DNA of 61,240 nucleotides, filler included, from It is 3 parts of 3 records of this genome, joined end to end, with 100 filler letters (N's around TTAATTAATTAA, not from the genome) between each part and the next. Parts side by side here need not be neighbours in the genome. Positions count along the whole stretch, not along the records: positions 51,271 to 61,240 come from DRR723986_4718; 2 more parts are not named here. One strand, 5' to 3'. Shown piece by piece: positions 56,271 to 61,240 of this stretch (position 1 is its first letter; each line of letters starts with the position of its first letter). The notes under the pieces were generated by a model. It saw only the letters and a program-made list of their open reading frames with translations, ran no database searches and was not told where the DNA came from. The position numbers and the translations under genes were made by a program.

Positions 56271-57641
56271 ATGGGAGTCAGCTTGAAACAGCACACTTCG
56301 CAGACGAATGGTGACGTCACGCCTGCCCTACAACGCAAACTGGGGCCGCTGATGCTCTGGGGGCTGGGCGTCGGGTATGTGATTTCCGGCATGTATTTTG
56401 GGTGGAATCTGGGGCTGCCGGAAGGTGGGACTCTGGGCCTGGCGGTAGCGACGGTTTTTATTATTCTGATGTATGGCGCCTTTACGTTTAGTTATACCGA
56501 GCTGGCCTGTGCGATTCCGCGGGCGGGCGGTGCGTTTGAGTATGCGCGGCGCGCCTTTGGCAAGGACCTTGGATTTTTGGCGGGCATGGCCCAGGCGATC
56601 GAATTCATTTTTGCACCGCCGGCAATTGCGATGGCAATCGGGGCATATTTTGCACTTTTTCTGCCCGGTGGCAATAGCCTGCTGATTGCGCTGGCGGCCT
56701 ATCTTATTTTCACCGGACTGAATATTTATGGCGTAAAAGCCGCGGCGCGCTTCGAATTGATTATCACTGTGCTGGCGGTTTTTGAGTTGCTCGTATTTGC
56801 AGGCGTGGCCTTCACTGATTTTGAGTTTTCAAACCTGACAATTAACGCTCTGCCTGAGGGCTGGAGCGGTGCATTTGCAGCGATTCCCTTTGCCATCTGG
56901 TTTTTCCTGGCGATAGAAGGAGTGGCGAATGTGGCCGAGGAAACTGTTAACCCGCAGCGCAATATTGTGATTGGTTTTGGCTCGGCGATTGTGACGCTGG
57001 TGATTCTGTGCGTTTTGACATTTACGGCGTCGATTGGTGTGGACGGCTGGGAGACGATTGTATATCCGGCGGGCTCGGGCGCGGCTTCGGACTCACCGCT
57101 ACCGCTGGCTCTGAGTCATGTGATCGGGGATCAACACTTGCTGTACCATATGCTGATCGGCATTGGACTCTTTGGCTTGGTGGCTTCGTTCCACGGCATT
57201 ATTCTGGCGGCGGGACGGGCCGTATTTGAGATGGGCCGGCGGCATTATGTACCGCCGATTGTCGGCAAGGTTTCTGCGCGCACGGGCACACCGGTTAACG
57301 CACTGATTGTTAACATGCTGATTGGTGTTGTCGCGATTTTTAGCGGACGCACGGCCGAGATAATAACGATTGCCGTGTTTGGCGCGCTGACGCTCTATGT
57401 GATTTCAATGTTCGCCTTGTTTAAGTTGCGACGCACCCAGCCGGACATGGAGCGTCCCTTCCGCGTGCCGATGTATCCGCTGATGCCGGCGTTGGCCCTG
57501 GTAATTGCGATTGTGGCCCTGGCAGCCGTTACCTGGTTCAACCTGATTCTGGCAGGCGTGTATTTGGGATTGCTGCTGCTGGCCTGGGCCTGGTTTAAGT
57601 TGTTCCACGAGAAGTCGGCGGCAGCCGGAATTGCGGACTGA
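56271..57641 (+). CDS. eat: Ethanolamine permease (APC family)
   Basis: LWGLGVGYVISGMYFGWNLG, IPFAIWFFLAIEG; upstream of eutBC. Confidence 0.92.
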   Translation: MGVSLKQHTSQTNGDVTPALQRKLGPLMLWGLGVGYVISGMYFGWNLGLPEGGTLGLAVATVFIILMYGAFTFSYTELACAIPRAGGAFEYARRAFGKDLGFLAGMAQAIEFIFAPPAIAMAIGAYFALFLPGGNSLLIALAAYLIFTGLNIYGVKAAARFELIITVLAVFELLVFAGVAFTDFEFSNLTINALPEGWSGAFAAIPFAIWFFLAIEGVANVAEETVNPQRNIVIGFGSAIVTLVILCVLTFTASIGVDGWETIVYPAGSGAASDSPLPLALSHVIGDQHLLYHMLIGIGLFGLVASFHGIILAAGRAVFEMGRRHYVPPIVGKVSARTGTPVNALIVNMLIGVVAIFSGRTAEIITIAVFGALTLYVISMFALFKLRRTQPDMERPFRVPMYPLMPALALVIAIVALAAVTWFNLILAGVYLGLLLLAWAWFKLFHEKSAAAGIAD

Positions 57642-57660
57642 GGCCCTTTGGATATACATC

Positions 57661-59040
57661 ATGAGCTACAAATTTACGATTGGCAGCGACACATATCAGT
57701 TTAAGGATCTGCGCGATCTGCTGGCCAGGGCTACGCCGCTACGTTCGGGTGACGTGCTCGCCGGTGTGGCGGCGCGCACTGAGCGCGAAAGAGTCGCGGC
57801 ACAGATGCTGCTGGCCGAAACCCCGCTGGCCAGTTTTGTGACTGATGCGCTGGTGCCGTACGAGACGGACGAAGTCACGCGCCTGATTTGTGATTCACAT
57901 GAGGATGAGTTGTTTAAGCAGATTCCGGCAACGACGGTCGGCGATTTCCGCAACTGGCTGCTGCTGGAGAGCACCGGCGGCGAGGCGCTGCAGGCGCTGG
58001 CGCGCGGCATCACCCCTGAAATGGCGGCCGCGGTCTGCAAGCTGATGCGCAACCAGGATTTGATATCTGTAGCGGCCAAGATTCGCAATGTGACGGCTTT
58101 CCGCTCAACGATTGGGCAGGCCGGCCGCCTTTCCGTGCGCTTGCAGCCGAATGACCCGACCGACGACCTGCGCGGCATCGCCGCACAAATTGTGGACGGC
58201 CTGGCCTACGGCTGCGGCGACGCGGTGATCGGCATTAACCCGGCAGGTGACAACCTGGAGAAAGTAGCGGCGCTGCTGCAGATGCTCGATGAAATCCGGC
58301 AGCAGTTTCACATTCCAACACAGAGCTGTGTGTTGACACATGTATCGAACACTATCAGGGCGATAGAGCAGCGCGTGCCGGTGGATCTGGTTTTTCAGTC
58401 AATCGGCGGCACTGAAGCCTTAAACAGCAGCTTTGGGTTGAATGTTAACATGTTAGAGGAGGCGCATGCCGCGGCGCGCGAACTACGCCGCGGCACTGTC
58501 GGCAGCAACTGCATGTATTTTGAGACAGGTCAGGGCAGCGCGCTTTCGGCTGCGGCACATCACGGCATCGATCAGCAGACGGTGGAGGCACGTGCTTACG
58601 GACTGGCGCGCGCCTTTGATCCCCTGCTGGTAAACACGGTGGTTGGTTTTATTGGCCCTGAATATCTGTATGACGGCAAGCAGATTCTGCGCGCCGGACT
58701 GGAAGATCACTTTTGCGGCAAACTGCTGGGCCTGCCGATGGGCGTTGATGTCTGTTATACCAATCACGCCGAGGCCGATCAGGATGATATGGATGCCCTG
58801 CTGACGCTGCTGGGCGTGGCCGGCTGTAACTTCATCATGGGAGTGGCGGGCGCCGACGACGTTATGTTAAACTACCAGAGCACTTCATTTCACGATGCGC
58901 TGTACCTGCGCGAAGTTCTCAAGCTGCGCCCAGCTCCGGAGTTCGAAGAATGGTTGATCCAAATGGGTTTGTTTAACAGGGACATGCAGCCGCTGGATGC
59001 GCCGCAGACACAAAACCTGCTGGAGATGAAGGGTTTATGA
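57661..59040 (+). CDS. eutB: Ethanolamine ammonia-lyase large subunit
   Basis: RSGDVLAG, RLQPN.PTDD, YFETGQGSALS, VNTVVGFIGPEYLY, MLNYQSTSFHD. Confidence 0.97.
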   Translation: MSYKFTIGSDTYQFKDLRDLLARATPLRSGDVLAGVAARTERERVAAQMLLAETPLASFVTDALVPYETDEVTRLICDSHEDELFKQIPATTVGDFRNWLLLESTGGEALQALARGITPEMAAAVCKLMRNQDLISVAAKIRNVTAFRSTIGQAGRLSVRLQPNDPTDDLRGIAAQIVDGLAYGCGDAVIGINPAGDNLEKVAALLQMLDEIRQQFHIPTQSCVLTHVSNTIRAIEQRVPVDLVFQSIGGTEALNSSFGLNVNMLEEAHAAARELRRGTVGSNCMYFETGQGSALSAAAHHGIDQQTVEARAYGLARAFDPLLVNTVVGFIGPEYLYDGKQILRAGLEDHFCGKLLGLPMGVDVCYTNHAEADQDDMDALLTLLGVAGCNFIMGVAGADDVMLNYQSTSFHDALYLREVLKLRPAPEFEEWLIQMGLFNRDMQPLDAPQTQNLLEMKGL

Positions 59041-59909
59041 ACAATTCACCCTCGGCGGAAAACAAGGACAACTCCACAGCCGCAGACAGCAAAATGGTTG
59101 TTAAAAAGGGCAGCGGAAGCAGTAGTCATTTGGTCAGCGGCAACCCCTGGACTGAACTGCGGCGGCACACGACTGCGCGCATTGCGCTGGGACGCTGTGG
59201 CAGCGGCATTCCCACCGGCGCGCTGCTCGAATTCAAACTTGGGCATGCGGCCGCCAGGGATGCCGTGCATGTACCGCTCGATTTTGGCGCATTGCAGGAC
59301 AGTGTACGCAAGATTACAGACCTGCCGATTCTGCATCTGCGCAGTGCGGCCGGCAGCCGCGCTGAATATTTGCAGCGGCCGGACCTGGGCGCGCAGCTGC
59401 AGGCGGACGCCGCCGCGCAGCTCAAAGACTTCGAGGCTGCGGAGGGATATGATCTTGCGCTTGTGGTTGCCGACGGTTTGTCGGCGCGGGCCATCGCTGA
59501 GAACCTCACGCCCCTGCTTGAAATTCTCCTGCCAAAATTTGCAGCCGCGCAATTACGTCTTGCGCCTCTATGTCTGATCGAGCAGGGCCGCGTAGCGGTC
59601 GGCGACCACATTGCGGAGGCGCTTGGTGCGCGGCTGACGCTTGTTTGCATCGGCGAGCGCCCGGGCCTGCAGTCGCACAACAGCATGGGCATTTACTTAA
59701 CATATGGCGCGCGCGTCGGCGCCGGCAATGACAGCCGCAACTGCATTTCGAATGTGCGGCCGCAGGGATTGAGCGTTGCCGCAGCGGCCGACAAAATACT
59801 GTACCTGGCGGCTGAGGCCTTGCGGCGCGGGGTCTCGGGCATTGAGCTCAAAGACGATCAGCCCGGAGTCAGTCAATTTGGCGAAGCGCAACAAGGGCTG
59901 GGCAGTTAA
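59037..59909 (+). CDS. eutC: Ethanolamine ammonia-lyase small subunit
   Basis: T.ARIALGR.G, HAAARDAV, YLQRPDLG, ADGLS, IGERPGL, RNCISN. Confidence 0.95.
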   Translation: MNNSPSAENKDNSTAADSKMVVKKGSGSSSHLVSGNPWTELRRHTTARIALGRCGSGIPTGALLEFKLGHAAARDAVHVPLDFGALQDSVRKITDLPILHLRSAAGSRAEYLQRPDLGAQLQADAAAQLKDFEAAEGYDLALVVADGLSARAIAENLTPLLEILLPKFAAAQLRLAPLCLIEQGRVAVGDHIAEALGARLTLVCIGERPGLQSHNSMGIYLTYGARVGAGNDSRNCISNVRPQGLSVAAAADKILYLAAEALRRGVSGIELKDDQPGVSQFGEAQQGLGS

Positions 59910-59981
59910 TACGGGAATCGCAGGGTGCAGCCGCTTCTGAAATTATCGGAAAACTTTGTTTAACACATTCTGGATACGCTT

Positions 59982-61115
59982 TTGGACGGGCAGCACAACA
60001 TTAAACGCATTGTAATTCTGACGCAGAATTATTTTCCGCTGATTGGCGGCATCACCACGTGGTGTTATGAATACGCTCTGGCCTTCCGCAATATGGGCTT
60101 TGAGGTGATTGTGATTGCGCCGGGCCCCAAGGACTTGCCGCCAGATCCGGATGAAGGTTTTGAGATTCGGCGGCTGAGCGACCAGAACTGGAAAAACCGC
60201 AAGAACATGCGCGTGTATTCGGCCATCAAAAAGCTGATTGGCCCGCGGACGATCTTCCTGTGCGCCAACTGGAAGATGGCGGTGCCCTGCATGATGCATT
60301 CTATGGTGCGCCGCATTCAGTACTTTACGGCGGTGCACGGCCTGGATGCTTTTGAACGGCGCGCCTTTAACCGGCGTCTGCAGCGCCAGGCTTTTGTGCG
60401 TGGTGACGGCGTAATGCCGGTGAGCAACTATACGCTGGAGTTGATGCAGCCGCTGCGCGTTCCGAGGCAGAAGATGCAGGTTGTTAACAACGGCGTTGAC
60501 TTAAACAAATTTCCGCTTCTGCCGCGCGACGCAACTATCGAGAAAAAGTATGGTTTTGGCGATGAGTTCCGGCTGCTGAGTATCAGCCGCATCGACATCC
60601 GCAAGGGTTTTGACACGACGATCCGCGCCCTGCCGATGGTTAAACATCCGGTTAAATATTTTATAGGTGGCACGGGCAAATACCGCACGGAGCTGGAGCG
60701 CATTGCCGCTGAGCTGAATGTGACGGAGCAGGTGGAATACATCGGATTTATTCCGGACGAGGAATTGGCGGCGGTGTATACCTGCGGCGATCTCTTCAGT
60801 ATGCCTTCGCGACGTCACAAACGTTCGGTGGAGGGATTTGGGATTGTATATCTGGAGGCTGCCGCCTGTGGTGTGCCTTCGATTGCAGGCCTGAATTCGG
60901 GCGGCGAGGACGCTGTTGCTGACGGCGAAACGGGTTATCTGGTGGACGCGGAATCGCCGGAGGACGTGGCGCGTGCGATTAACGCTGCGATTGAGCGGCG
61001 CGAGCATCTGCAGGCTATGGGCAGTGCTGCACGCAAGCGTGTTGAGGACGGCTTTACCTGGGACATTCTGGCGCGTCAGATGTTTGACTTTATGCTTGAG
61101 CGTCTTGAGGCTTGA
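59982..61115 (+). CDS. Glycosyltransferase family 4
   Basis: FPLIGGI, VNNGVD, RKGFD, EGFGIVYLEAAACG.P, GETGYLVD. Confidence 0.92.
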   Translation: MDGQHNIKRIVILTQNYFPLIGGITTWCYEYALAFRNMGFEVIVIAPGPKDLPPDPDEGFEIRRLSDQNWKNRKNMRVYSAIKKLIGPRTIFLCANWKMAVPCMMHSMVRRIQYFTAVHGLDAFERRAFNRRLQRQAFVRGDGVMPVSNYTLELMQPLRVPRQKMQVVNNGVDLNKFPLLPRDATIEKKYGFGDEFRLLSISRIDIRKGFDTTIRALPMVKHPVKYFIGGTGKYRTELERIAAELNVTEQVEYIGFIPDEELAAVYTCGDLFSMPSRRHKRSVEGFGIVYLEAAACGVPSIAGLNSGGEDAVADGETGYLVDAESPEDVARAINAAIERREHLQAMGSAARKRVEDGFTWDILARQMFDFMLERLEA

Positions 61116-61215
61116 GCGCTGCGCCCCCTCTTTGACATCGGTGGCTTACTTTTTTTGATTTTGTTAGGTCTTGGGGCTGGGGTTTGAGGCTGTTGGGTTT
61201 GCCTGAAAATACACC

Positions 61216-61240
61216 AGCTGTTAGCCACAGGCTAACAGCT
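61216..61240. repeat. Perfect 11-bp inverted repeat at the window end
   Basis: AGCTGTTAGCC-ACA-GGCTAACAGCT. Confidence 0.6.

Noticed and set aside
51312-61169. Integron attC sites (GTTAGGC at 51312, GTTAGGT at 61163)
   Set aside because: No matching RYYYAAC partner forming an attC hairpin, no integron integrase, and the genes are operonic rather than cassette-like

Overview
The window is three unrelated contigs joined by artificial 100-nt N/TTAATTAATTAA spacers (27287-27386, 51171-51270), so gene neighbourhoods must not be read across them. Contig 1 (1-27286, high GC, Hyphomonas/Caulobacterales-like alphaproteobacterium) is mostly housekeeping: hpt, ftsEX, plsC, alkA, an HNH nuclease, a PlcP-like metallophosphoesterase with a Pho-box-like promoter, a Suv3-like helicase-S4-terB-fdxA-carD run, proA-nadD-moeB, blc and ybgC-tolQRAB-pal. 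Contig 2 (27387-51170, high GC, probably Rhodobacteraceae-like) starts at the 3' end of tRNA-fMet and holds the main candidate for an undescribed system: an ~18 kb, 21-gene, tightly coupled operon. It encodes paralogous exported helical/coiled-coil proteins, a TolQ/ExbB-type channel with two ExbD/TolR-like partners, a kinase-less PpkA-like vWA protein, a TagT-TagS-TagR-TagQ-like module with no T6SS in view, a trypsin-like lipoprotein, a Sel1/TPR protein and a terminal signal-peptide protein with a TNT/Tne2-like NAD glycohydrolase motif. It is flanked by a divergent LuxR-type regulator and convergent DUF4384-like and CHAT protease genes. Contig 3 (51271-61240, lower GC, FCB group by its T9SS cargo) has a TPR-LuxR regulator, a Cys-rich triple-repeat T9SS protein, eat-eutB-eutC, a GT4 glycosyltransferase and a dispersed ~50-nt hairpin repeat showing compensatory changes. 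All family calls come from reading motifs by eye; no database searches were run.
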